Positions 33,772 through 42,406 of a stretch of DNA of 64,000 nt are shown in pieces. The notes below the pieces were generated by a model. That model saw only the letters and a program-made list of their open reading frames with translations, was not told where the DNA came from and searched no databases. The first letter of the stretch is position 1, and each line of letters opens with the position of its first letter. The DNA comes from a virus (Duplodnaviria; Heunggongvirae; Uroviricota; Caudoviricetes): the IMG/VR virus record IMGVR_UViG_2565956624_000008; one strand, written 5' to 3'. The translations under genes and the position numbers were made by a program.

Positions 33772-35255
33772 TGGCCAGAAGTTGCGTAACGGATCCACGT
33801 TGGCGCGAGCTGGTGGCGCTATATCGTTATGACTGGATTGCGGCCGCTGATGTTTTGTTCGGCAAAACACCTACCTGGCAGCAGGATCTGATTATTGAGT
33901 CTGTGCAGGAACAGGGTAGCAAGACATCTGTTTCGTCTGGTCACGGTACCGGGAAATCAGACATGACTTCTATCATGATCATGTTGTTCATAATCATGTA
34001 TCCCGGTGCCCGCGCCATTATCGTTGCGAACAAAATTCAGCAGGTAATGACCGGTATATTCAAGTACATCAAGATAAACTGGGCTACTGCCACCAGCCGT
34101 TTTCCATGGCTTGCTGATTATTTTGTTCTGACAGAAACCGCTTTCTATGAGGTTACTGGTAAAGGTGTATGGACTGTAGTACCGAAGGGCTTTCGTCTGG
34201 GAAGTGAAGAAGCTCTCGCCGGTGAACACGCAGATCATCTTCTGTATATTATCGATGAAGCCTCCGGTGTCAGTGATAGAGCTTTCGGTATCATCACTGG
34301 TGCTCTTACCGGACAGGATAACCGCATCTTATTACTGTCACAGCCTACACGCCCAAGCGGCTATTTCTACGATACTCACCATAAACTGGCCAAGCGTCCT
34401 GGTAACCCTGATGGCGTTTATACGGCGATCACGCTTAACAGTGAGGAATCACCGCTGGTAACGCCAGCATTTATCAAAATGAAGCTGGCGGAGTACGGCG
34501 GGCGTGATAACCCTATGTACATGATTAAGGTACGCGGACTATTCCCTAAATCACAGGATGGCTTCCTTCTTGGACGTGATGAGGTTGAACGTGCGACGCG
34601 GCGGAAAGTCAAGATTGCCAAAGGATGGGGCTGGCTTGCATGTGTGGACGTTGCTGGTGGTACGGGACGGGATAAGTCCGTTATCAATATCATGATGGTG
34701 TCCGGCCAGAGAAATAAACGCCGTGTAATCAACTATCGAATGCTGGAATACACAGACGTTACAGAAACGCAGCTTGCCGCCAAAATTTTCGCAGAATGTA
34801 ATCCTGAGCGATTCCCAAATATCACCATAGCGATAGACGGCGATGGCCTGGGTAAAGCAACGGCGGATCTGATGTACGAGTATTATGGTATTACCGTACA
34901 GCGTATACGCTGGGGTAAAAAGATGCATAGCCGTGAAGATAAGAGCCTGTACTTTGATAAGCGTGCTTATGCCAACGTTCAAGCCGCAGAGGCCGTAAAA
35001 TCAGGTCGTATGAGACTGGATAAGGGTAATGAAACTATTGAGGAAGCGTCGAAAATCCCTGTAGGGATTAACTCCGCAGGTCAATGGAAGGTGATGAGTA
35101 AGGAGGATATGAAGAAAAAACTCAACCTGCACTCACCAGACCATTGGGATACATATTGTTTCGCTATGCTGGCGGATTATGTTCCCCAGGATGAAGTGCT
35201 TAGCGTCGAAGACGAAGCGCAGGTTGATGAAGCTCTGGCATGGCTTAATGAATAA
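33771..35255 (+). CDS. pacB: terminase large subunit, 494 aa
   Basis: Start overlaps pacA stop; Walker-A-like SGHGTGKS; size matches P1 PacB. Confidence 0.85.
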   Translation: MARSCVTDPRWRELVALYRYDWIAAADVLFGKTPTWQQDLIIESVQEQGSKTSVSSGHGTGKSDMTSIMIMLFIIMYPGARAIIVANKIQQVMTGIFKYIKINWATATSRFPWLADYFVLTETAFYEVTGKGVWTVVPKGFRLGSEEALAGEHADHLLYIIDEASGVSDRAFGIITGALTGQDNRILLLSQPTRPSGYFYDTHHKLAKRPGNPDGVYTAITLNSEESPLVTPAFIKMKLAEYGGRDNPMYMIKVRGLFPKSQDGFLLGRDEVERATRRKVKIAKGWGWLACVDVAGGTGRDKSVINIMMVSGQRNKRRVINYRMLEYTDVTETQLAAKIFAECNPERFPNITIAIDGDGLGKATADLMYEYYGITVQRIRWGKKMHSREDKSLYFDKRAYANVQAAEAVKSGRMRLDKGNETIEEASKIPVGINSAGQWKVMSKEDMKKKLNLHSPDHWDTYCFAMLADYVPQDEVLSVEDEAQVDEALAWLNE

Positions 35256-35279
35256 CTCATTGACCATGCCGGATAGAAA

Positions 35280-36131
35280 CTATTGCGCGCTTTCGGGGTT
35301 GTCGTTTACTGGCTGCCCCTTCTTAGTTTTACGGCTGCGCGTAACTGATGCGGCTGATTTGACCTTTTTCTCTTCGCGAGTGATGGCAATTTGTTTTTTT
35401 ACATTTTCAATATCTGCCAGGCGATATATTTTTGCCTGCGGCCAGCGGTCGCAGATGATCGGTTCTATAGAGTCATAAAGGCTAAATTTTGCTTTCTCGA
35501 ATTCACCGTTGATGATGATTCCATCACGGAGAGTTTCATCGCAGATAAACACACCACACAGCGGCACATGGTAACTAACTGATTTACCATCATTGTAGTT
35601 AGGGCTACTGGAAATGTAATGGACGCGCAGCATTGTTTCGCTAAAGCCGTGTACACGCATACGGAATTTTTCATCCTCCGGGTACTGCTTCATTAGCTCT
35701 TTTGTTGCTTCCAGGTTCTCTATGTATTTCGCACTGTGCTCATTGATCCCCGCGCTTTTCTGGATGCGAATGTCCTTATCAATCAGATGAATAATGCGGC
35801 CAGCGGTCATGTTGACGCTGTTCACAGCTTCTGTCTGATAAGTTGTAACCTTACGCACACCGCGAAGGATGTTAGGCACTGGATATAAAATAGTCTTTGG
35901 GATATTGAGGTCTGGGTACTGTTCCAGTTCCCGCGCCATTAAAGTCCATTTATCAATTTCAGCCTGAATGCTGTCCGTTTCTTTGAACGGCAGAACGACA
36001 ACCGGGCGAACAGGACGACCGTCGCTGGCGGCATCAACGTGTTGGGCGCGTGCAACAGCTTTTTTTAGAAAGAGATCCCTGAAGCTGACGAACTCCTGGT
36101 ACAGTTGTTCGCCGTAGACATAATTTATCAT
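35280..36131 (-). CDS. c1: C1 repressor of lysis, 283 aa
   Basis: N-terminus MINYVYGEQLYQEFVSFRDLF and length match P1 C1; operator 17-mers occur throughout the window. Confidence 0.9.
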   Translation of the reverse strand: MINYVYGEQLYQEFVSFRDLFLKKAVARAQHVDAASDGRPVRPVVVLPFKETDSIQAEIDKWTLMARELEQYPDLNIPKTILYPVPNILRGVRKVTTYQTEAVNSVNMTAGRIIHLIDKDIRIQKSAGINEHSAKYIENLEATKELMKQYPEDEKFRMRVHGFSETMLRVHYISSSPNYNDGKSVSYHVPLCGVFICDETLRDGIIINGEFEKAKFSLYDSIEPIICDRWPQAKIYRLADIENVKKQIAITREEKKVKSAASVTRSRKTKKGQPVNDNPESAQ

Positions 36132-36154
36132 TGATCCTCCTCCAGAATTGACAT

Positions 36155-36195
36155 GGCCAACAACTCACAGCGGATTACACTGGGAGTTGTTGGCC
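36155..36195. promoter_or_regulatory. perfect 12-bp inverted repeat GGCCAACAACTC / GAGTTGTTGGCC with 17-bp spacer between coi and c1
   Basis: Read directly. Confidence 0.5.
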
Positions 36196-36225
36196 ACCAT
36201 TATAGAAGGATCCAACGAAAATAAT

Positions 36226-36242
36226 AGATTTATTAGTGCATT
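36226..36242 (-). promoter_or_regulatory. C1-operator-like site (14/17) between coi and c1
   Basis: AGATTTATTAGTGCATT versus reverse-complement consensus. Confidence 0.5.
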
Positions 36243-36451
36243 TATTGTGAGTCTGGCTGGTTAGTGGCCATGAGATATTCGATTGTGTCAGTGAGATCAT
36301 CCAGGTCGTCTTGGGTGATGCGGTACTCCTGATTGGATATCTTTGAGTAGTGTTCAGCAATGGCGCGGGCAGCGTCGGTTTCGGCGGGGTCTACAGATAA
36401 AGCGTTAGAGCAATGTCTAACGTCGTCGATGGTTGGTGGAATGAAAGCCAT
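36242..36451 (-). CDS. coi: C1 inactivator Coi, 69 aa
   Basis: Small acidic ORF immediately upstream of c1, size as in P1. Confidence 0.75.
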   Translation of the reverse strand: MAFIPPTIDDVRHCSNALSVDPAETDAARAIAEHYSKISNQEYRITQDDLDDLTDTIEYLMATNQPDSQ

Positions 36452-36679
36452 AATTATGCCTCACTGTATTGACAACACAGAGCCTGAAGCTCTGACCTAC
36501 TGTTTCACCCATGATCCATGCTGGGGTAATCTAACAACATTGCGCTGTGTGTAAGATGAGCAATGCATAGCTGTAATGCCGTTGTATAAGGTTTCCCTGT
36601 TTGCTCATTTCCTTCTGAGCCGCTCTACAACGCTGAAGACACATTAAATAGTGAATCCAAAGTCGTATTACGAAACGGC

Positions 36680-36696
36680 GGCAAAACTATAATTTA
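36680..36696 (-). promoter_or_regulatory. C1 operator (16/17)
   Basis: TAATTTATTAGAGCAAT. Confidence 0.65.
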
Positions 36697-36762
36697 TTAG
36701 AGCAATTGTCAAACAACTATGAAAAACAATCCAGTTTTTGGCTGGTGGAGTGGGATTTTTCT

Positions 36763-36779
36763 CTCAAAATTTATTGCTC
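36763..36779 (+). promoter_or_regulatory. C1 operator-like site ATTGCTCTAATAATTCT (15/17)
   Basis: Read directly. Confidence 0.6.
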
Positions 36780-36838
36780 TAATAATTCTTGATTTTTATG
36801 CGCAGCTGGACGTAAACTCCTCTTCAGACCCTTAAGGG

Positions 36839-36976
36839 TTATTGAACATGATCAATTTACCTGTAAATCCATACAGTTCAATACCTTACAGGTCAAATAG
36901 TGATCACTTGATCATTTGATCAAGGTTGCGCTACGTAAAATCTGCGAAATGTTGGCAGTGTTAGTGCTCCAGATTT
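36839..36976. promoter_or_regulatory. cre upstream regulatory region: four TGATCA Dam sites (36839, 36891, 36899, 36907) and an imperfect 17-bp inverted repeat (36918-36934 / 36960-36976)
   Basis: Read directly; cre promoters are known to be Dam-methylation sensitive. Confidence 0.5.
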
Positions 36977-37018
36977 CGCGTAGCGCACTTAGCACCACCA
37001 ATCAATCAGAGGTGAAAA

Positions 37019-37240
37019 ATGGGATATTCAGCTGCTAAAGTGTCCACTCATCTTGAGCTTGAGAAAAACCGTGGTTACTGGCGGGCAAAAGGGTTTGATC
37101 GTGATAGTTGTCAACTGTCATTATCGCGCGGTGAAGAGAAAATAGAACGCACGCGCGGTCGCTGGCGTTTCTATGACGAGAACCATAAACAGGTAAAGGC
37201 AGAGCCGATCCTGTACACTTTACTTAAAACCATTATCTGA
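37019..37240 (+). CDS. small basic protein immediately upstream of cre, 73 aa
   Basis: ORF with RBS; position corresponds to the small ORF preceding cre in P1. Confidence 0.55.
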   Translation: MGYSAAKVSTHLELEKNRGYWRAKGFDRDSCQLSLSRGEEKIERTRGRWRFYDENHKQVKAEPILYTLLKTII

Positions 37241-37247
37241 GTGTTAA

Positions 37248-38279
37248 ATGTCCAATTTACTGACCGTACACCAAAATTTGCCTGCATTACCGGTCGATGC
37301 AACGAGTGATGAGGTTCGCAAGAACCTGATGGACATGTTCAGGGATCGCCAGGCGTTTTCTGAGCATACCTGGAAAATGCTTCTGTCCGTTTGCCGGTCG
37401 TGGGCGGCATGGTGCAAGTTAAATAACCGGAAATGGTTTCCCGCAGAACCTGAAGATGTTCGCGATTATCTTCTATATCTTCAGGCGCGCGGTCTGGCAG
37501 TGAAAACTATCCAGCAACATTTGGGCCAGCTAAATATGCTTCATCGTCGGTCCGGGCTGCCACGACCAAGTGACAGCAATGCTGTTTCACTGGTCATGCG
37601 ACGGATCCGAAAAGAAAACGTTGATGCCGGTGAGCGTGCAAAACAGGCGCTGGCGTTCGAACGCACTGATTTCGACCAGGTTCGTTCACTCATGGAAAAT
37701 AGCGATCGCTGCCAGGATATACGTAATCTGGCATTTCTGGGGATTGCTTATAACACCCTGTTGCGTATAGCCGAAATTTCTAGGATCAGAGTTAAAGATA
37801 TCTCGCGTACTGACGGTGGGAGAATGTTAATCCATATTGGCAGAACGAAAACGCTGGTTAGCACCGCTGGTGTAGAGAAGGCACTTAGTCTGGGGGTAAC
37901 TAAACTGGTTGAGCGATGGATTTCTGTCTCTGGTGTGGCTGATGATCCGAATAACTACTTGTTTTGCCGTGTCAGAAAAAATGGTGTTGCCGCGCCATCT
38001 GCCACCAGCCAGCTATCAACTCGCGCCCTGGAAGGGATTTTTGAAGCAACTCACCGATTGATTTACGGGGCTAAGGATGACTCTGGCCAGAGATACCTGG
38101 CCTGGTCTGGACACAGTGCCCGTGTCGGAGCCGCGCGAGATATGGCCCGCGCCGGAGTTTCAATACCGGAGATCATGCAAGCTGGTGGCTGGACCAACGT
38201 AAATATTGTCATGAACTACATTCGTAACCTGGATAGTGAAACGGGGGCAATGGTGCGCCTGCTGGAAGATGGCGATTAG
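37248..38279 (+). CDS. cre: Cre tyrosine site-specific recombinase, 343 aa
   Basis: Essentially identical to P1 Cre from MSNLLTVHQNLPALPVDATSDEVRKNLMDMF to MVRLLEDGD. Confidence 0.97.
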   Translation: MSNLLTVHQNLPALPVDATSDEVRKNLMDMFRDRQAFSEHTWKMLLSVCRSWAAWCKLNNRKWFPAEPEDVRDYLLYLQARGLAVKTIQQHLGQLNMLHRRSGLPRPSDSNAVSLVMRRIRKENVDAGERAKQALAFERTDFDQVRSLMENSDRCQDIRNLAFLGIAYNTLLRIAEISRIRVKDISRTDGGRMLIHIGRTKTLVSTAGVEKALSLGVTKLVERWISVSGVADDPNNYLFCRVRKNGVAAPSATSQLSTRALEGIFEATHRLIYGAKDDSGQRYLAWSGHSARVGAARDMARAGVSIPEIMQAGGWTNVNIVMNYIRNLDSETGAMVRLLEDGD

Positions 38280-38296
38280 CCGTTCATTTGCGCCAG

Positions 38297-38313
38297 ATTG
38301 CTCTAATTATTTG
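38297..38313 (+). promoter_or_regulatory. C1-operator-like site ATTGCTCTAATTATTTG just after the cre stop
   Basis: 14/17 match. Confidence 0.45.
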
Positions 38314-38329
38314 ATATTTATGGTGACAC

Positions 38330-38641
38330 ATGCGGAAGGATTTCAAAATAGACGGAAAATATGTGGTGCTGTCTGTAAGCTCTCAAATTCAGTCACCATC
38401 TGTCATTGTCACCGTAAAGTTGAGCGATAGGATGCCTGATATCGACTCGATATCTGTTGCGTTCCCCGTTAAAAGCATGCGGAGTGCTGAACATTTTGTG
38501 CTGAATGCAACGGAGGAGGAAGCGCGGCGCGGGCTTACTAGAGTGATGGCGGAATTTGGCGAACTCCTGGGTAAGGTAAACAATTCCCTTTCAATCAGTT
38601 CAGCAAGATCCAAAGCGTTAACAGCTTCCATGATGAAATAA
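38330..38641 (+). CDS. hypothetical protein downstream of cre, 103 aa
   Basis: ORF between cre and ref. Confidence 0.45.
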   Translation: MRKDFKIDGKYVVLSVSSQIQSPSVIVTVKLSDRMPDIDSISVAFPVKSMRSAEHFVLNATEEEARRGLTRVMAEFGELLGKVNNSLSISSARSKALTASMMK

Positions 38642-38765
38642 AAAAGCCTGGCAAGGAGCCAGGCTACACAAAAGAGCGGGTTTGTATTCCGCATCCAATC
38701 AATCAAGAAGGAGTATAGCACACAGGTACTGAAGTGAAAAAATGTGATTCGCGATAAACAAAATA

Positions 38766-38795
38766 TCGACAATTGCTCTAATTGATCGCTATAAT
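38766..38795 (+). promoter_or_regulatory. C1-repressible ref promoter: -35 TCGACA (38766-38771), operator ATTGCTCTAATTGATCG (38772-38788), -10 TATAAT (38790-38795)
   Basis: Spacing and motifs read directly; ref is known to be C1-controlled in P1. Confidence 0.6.
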
Positions 38796-38854
38796 TTAGC
38801 CGCAGTTTTTGTCAACTACGAAGACGTTGCCATTACTTAACTCCTTGACATCAT

Positions 38855-38882
38855 TGGCGGCCATCAGGCCGCCTTTTTTTTG
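38855..38882 (+). terminator. terminator-like hairpin GGCGGCC-atca-GGCCGCC plus T8 in the ref leader, 4 nt before the ref ATG
   Basis: Read directly. Confidence 0.5.
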
Positions 38883-38886
38883 CCAT

Positions 38887-39447
38887 ATGAAAACAATCGA
38901 ACAAAAAATTGAACAGCACCGTAAGTGGCAGAAGGCAGCCAGAGAACGAGCGATCGCTCGGCAACGGGAGAAGTTGGCTGATCCGGCCTGGCGAGAATCT
39001 CAATATCAGAAAATGCGGAATACTATCGACCGCCGTATCGCTAAACAGAAAGAGCGCCCACCAGCCAGCAAAACGCGGAAAAGCGCGGTAAAGATAAAAT
39101 CTCGTGGCTTGAAGGGGCGAACACCGACAGCGGAGGAACGGAGCATCGCCAATGCTCTTGGCGCTCTCCCCTGCATTGCCTGCTACATGCATGGAGTAAT
39201 ATCTGAAGAGGTGTCTCTGCACCATATTTCCGGTCGTACCGCGCCTGGTTGTCACAAAAAGCAATTGCCACTTTGTAGATGGCACCACCAGCATGCAGCA
39301 CCGGCTGAAGTAAGAGCAAAATACCCCTGGCTGGTCCCTGTTCATGCCGATGGTGTGGTTGGAGGCAAGAAAGAATTCACCCTGCTGAACAAGTCAGAGA
39401 TGGAGTTACTGGCTGACGCCTATGAGATGGCAAACATCATGCACTAA
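38887..39447 (+). CDS. ref: recombination enhancement function Ref (HNH-family endonuclease), 186 aa
   Basis: Cys/His cluster CIACYMHG...HHISGRT...CHKKQLPLCRWHHQ; size and position match P1 Ref. Confidence 0.8.
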   Translation: MKTIEQKIEQHRKWQKAARERAIARQREKLADPAWRESQYQKMRNTIDRRIAKQKERPPASKTRKSAVKIKSRGLKGRTPTAEERSIANALGALPCIACYMHGVISEEVSLHHISGRTAPGCHKKQLPLCRWHHQHAAPAEVRAKYPWLVPVHADGVVGGKKEFTLLNKSEMELLADAYEMANIMH

Positions 39448-39635
39448 TAAATATATTATTTTTAATAATAAATGATTGACAACTGACAAGTGACTTCAGT
39501 CAGAATCATCACATGCCCGGTACGGATGGATCCCTTTTCAAATATTCCATGGACGGCACAGTCTGAGTACCGGGCGCTACCTTCAGTTGTATTGCTAAGC
39601 CGCCGCTGGTGGCTTTTCTTTTTTGTAGGGGCGTT

Positions 39636-40277
39636 ATGGATAAGAAAATATGCGTTGTTTCGATGAGCGTCGGCAAACCGGCATCAATGACTGCTGCATG
39701 GATCAATAACGAGCTGATAATGGCTGAGCGGACCAGCTACCCTGAACGCCGCCGCGATATGGAACTCCAGCTGCTGCGCGAATTGCGAGAAAAAGAGGAA
39801 AAGGGTTTTATCGTGCTGGTGGAAGAGGAAAACAGCTTTATTACTGGTCGAGTTGGCCAGCGTGTAAGGTTGCGCGATCCCTTCATGAACGGCAGGCCGG
39901 TACTAATTGAGGCAATGCAGATTTATAAGGAGCTGGAACGCCAGAAAGCAATCAAGTTACCGCGCAAGGAATCCGGCAAATACATCCTCCACCAAAGCAT
40001 CTTCGATTCCGAACACGATAAAAAAGGCGATGAATTTTTCAACATCAACTGGAGCGAAATAACGACAGAGCACGTTCTGACGTTGTTATGCTGCTTCGCA
40101 ACGGAATATAACAACGTTGCAAGCGCCGACTACATTAGGGCAATGGCAGGAGAAGTTGATGCCCGCCAGGAATCATCGTTACTAAGCCCTCTGATTAACA
40201 TAATTCGCGGAACCCAAACACTGGCACAAAAACGGGTGCCTAAAGGGGAGTTAACTGGAAAAGGAAATTATCTATAA
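39636..40277 (+). CDS. hypothetical protein, about 213 aa (possibly P1 mat-like by position; alternative start 39609)
   Basis: ORF with backbone-like GC, co-directional with and 56 bp upstream of the SIR2-like gene. Confidence 0.55.
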   Translation: MDKKICVVSMSVGKPASMTAAWINNELIMAERTSYPERRRDMELQLLRELREKEEKGFIVLVEEENSFITGRVGQRVRLRDPFMNGRPVLIEAMQIYKELERQKAIKLPRKESGKYILHQSIFDSEHDKKGDEFFNINWSEITTEHVLTLLCCFATEYNNVASADYIRAMAGEVDARQESSLLSPLINIIRGTQTLAQKRVPKGELTGKGNYL

Positions 40278-40333
40278 ACGTCAATGCATTAGGGTATACT
40301 TCTCCATAGAACTATAAGTAAATGGAGTAAGTA

Positions 40334-41641
40334 ATGAGCGAATATGTTGAGTTAGCATACGCTGCCGCTACAAGCAGGCTTTGTCTATTTACCGGGACTG
40401 GCTTTTCAAAGGCAGTCTCGAACGGTGAAGCTCCAACGTGGAAGGAACTATTAAAAAAAGTTTGCAGCAAAGTTCACAATGCCAAAAAGTTGGAAGACAC
40501 GTTATTCCCTGATGATAAACCACCAGCACTGAGTCTTGAAGAAGCCGCACAAATACTATCTTTGAAGCTCAATATTGAGGGTAAGTCGATTTATGATGAA
40601 ATTGTTGACATCATATCTCCAATTCAACTTGGAGAAGACATATCAAATATAAAAGATTTTTTCCAAAAAAACTCATTCCGTGTCATTACAACAAATTATG
40701 ACAAGTTGGCTGAATGCTTGGTTGGAGATGAAAGTGTGCAGTCTATCACGCCCGGCCTGCCAATTCCAAAGTATCCATCCAAGGTGAAAATATATCATGT
40801 TCATGGTTCTATTGATTCGCCAAAAAATATGATTGTCACTTCAGATGATTACTTCAGATTTATAAATTCCGATACTTATTTTTCACGAAAACTTAGTACG
40901 ATGCTGCATGAAAATACAGTTGCGATATTAGGGTATTCTTTAAGCGACACAAATCTTAAAGCAATTATAAATGACTATAAAAAATTTTCGAAAAATAATG
41001 CCCTGTGCTCTAATATCTTTTTGATATCTCGCAACAAAGTAAGTCAAGATATGAAGGATTATTACTTCTATTGCTTTGGTATAAGGGTAATTGACAATAC
41101 AGAAATAGATTGTTTCTTTAGTCGATTAAGTTATAAGATTTCTCTCATTAAAGACATCATTGAAAGAGCGCGCGAAAATATCAGAAAAGTTGTTTCGGGG
41201 GCTTACACTTATAAAAATGAATATCTTAAATTAGAGGATTCATTTTATCAAATTATATCATCAATTATATCGGAAGGTTTAGATTGGAATGATGATAAAG
41301 TCGTTTCTCTTTTCGAAAGGATAATAGAAAAAAAGAGAAAGTTAACAAGGAATAACGGAGCGTGGGAGCAATATGAACAGTTGGCAAAATGGCTTATATA
41401 TTTTGGAAGCATCATAGAGGTTAGCAATACTAAGTATGAAAAAACATATTTAGACGCAGTTGAATACTCGATGGGTCATATGAGTAAAGAAAGGAATTGG
41501 GGAGTTTCTTGGCATGCTTACAGAGCTTGGGAAACACGATGGCCTGCAATAATTGCCTCAAATAGATTAATGATAAAAAACCACATTGAAACATTAGGCA
41601 CCTTGAAGGACGCCAACCTTATAGTTAAGAATATAGTGTAA
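40334..41641 (+). CDS. SIR2-family (SIR2_2-like) protein with uncharacterised helical C-terminal domain, 435 aa; candidate NAD-consuming defence effector
   Basis: Motifs LFTGTGFSKA, ITTNYDKL, YHVHGS, ILGYSLSD; GGAG RBS; markedly AT-rich versus flanks. Confidence 0.85.
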   Translation: MSEYVELAYAAATSRLCLFTGTGFSKAVSNGEAPTWKELLKKVCSKVHNAKKLEDTLFPDDKPPALSLEEAAQILSLKLNIEGKSIYDEIVDIISPIQLGEDISNIKDFFQKNSFRVITTNYDKLAECLVGDESVQSITPGLPIPKYPSKVKIYHVHGSIDSPKNMIVTSDDYFRFINSDTYFSRKLSTMLHENTVAILGYSLSDTNLKAIINDYKKFSKNNALCSNIFLISRNKVSQDMKDYYFYCFGIRVIDNTEIDCFFSRLSYKISLIKDIIERARENIRKVVSGAYTYKNEYLKLEDSFYQIISSIISEGLDWNDDKVVSLFERIIEKKRKLTRNNGAWEQYEQLAKWLIYFGSIIEVSNTKYEKTYLDAVEYSMGHMSKERNWGVSWHAYRAWETRWPAIIASNRLMIKNHIETLGTLKDANLIVKNIV

Positions 41642-41652
41642 TTGTGGTCGAT

Positions 41653-41690
41653 AAAAATTTATCGGGCAGATAAAACTGCCCGATAAATTA
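41653..41690. terminator. bidirectional terminator hairpin ATCGGGCAG-ataaaa-CTGCCCGAT flanked by A/T runs, between convergent SIR2-like and lxc-like genes
   Basis: Perfect 9-bp stem read directly. Confidence 0.65.
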
Positions 41691-41936
41691 ATCAGCATTC
41701 AGGAGCAATGCGTTATCTATGATGATCTGCTCCCATTCTTCGAATGCCCGGTCACGGACGCCCTGGGGAACGCTGTTAGTTTTGAAATCGACGACCGTAC
41801 GCCATTTCCCGTCCGGACGGTACATGCGCAGAGCTTTACTTCCCCCTTCCCTGCGCACCTCAACGTTATGCTTATCAGCAAACTCTTGTAATGCTCGTAG
41901 CGTCCCATGCTTTACTGTGTAGTATCGCTTTTTCAA
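41688..41936 (-). CDS. small protein, 82 aa (P1 Lxc/Bof-like by size and position)
   Basis: Last gene of the minus-strand operon headed by darB. Confidence 0.55.
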   Translation of the reverse strand: MKKRYYTVKHGTLRALQEFADKHNVEVRREGGSKALRMYRPDGKWRTVVDFKTNSVPQGVRDRAFEEWEQIIIDNALLLNAD

Positions 41937-42373
41937 GTTTTCTCTCCAGCCTGTGCTAAGGCTTCAACTTCCAAATCGTAAGACTCAAACTCATAGTCCT
42001 GGTCGTCAACCTCTTCAGGCACTGGCAGTAAATGCCAGGCTGAGTATATCTGACCATTATCAAAACGCTCCTGGCTGTAGAGCGTCGCAGCTATGAGCGT
42101 CAGCGCCGGGCGGTCATAACGGTAAATTTTGCGAACGTCACGGTCAACGAGACGACCGAAATTACCATAACCGCGCTCCAGTAATAATTTTTTAATTTCC
42201 GGCCAGTATGGACCATAGCTGCGGTACAGGCGGGGATTTTTCAGTAATCGCCCGCGTAGCCCTGACAGGAAGAAATCAACGTATTCGTCTTCTGTCTTTC
42301 CTAACAACGCTGTACGGAGTACCGCCTCAAGATATGTTTTATTCGGTTTTATTGTATCAGATAGTGTGGCCAT
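41933..42373 (-). CDS. hypothetical protein, 146 aa (P1 Ulx-like by position downstream of darB)
   Basis: Overlaps neighbour stop; operon context. Confidence 0.55.
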   Translation of the reverse strand: MATLSDTIKPNKTYLEAVLRTALLGKTEDEYVDFFLSGLRGRLLKNPRLYRSYGPYWPEIKKLLLERGYGNFGRLVDRDVRKIYRYDRPALTLIAATLYSQERFDNGQIYSAWHLLPVPEEVDDQDYEFESYDLEVEALAQAGEKT

Positions 42374-42406
42374 ATTATGCGACGCCCGGCGAACCGGGCG
42401 CTCCTG

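Noticed and set aside
41688-41936. HicA-like toxin
   Set aside because: Only a superficial resemblance; size and position fit the small terminal gene of the darB operon (Lxc/Bof-like) better.
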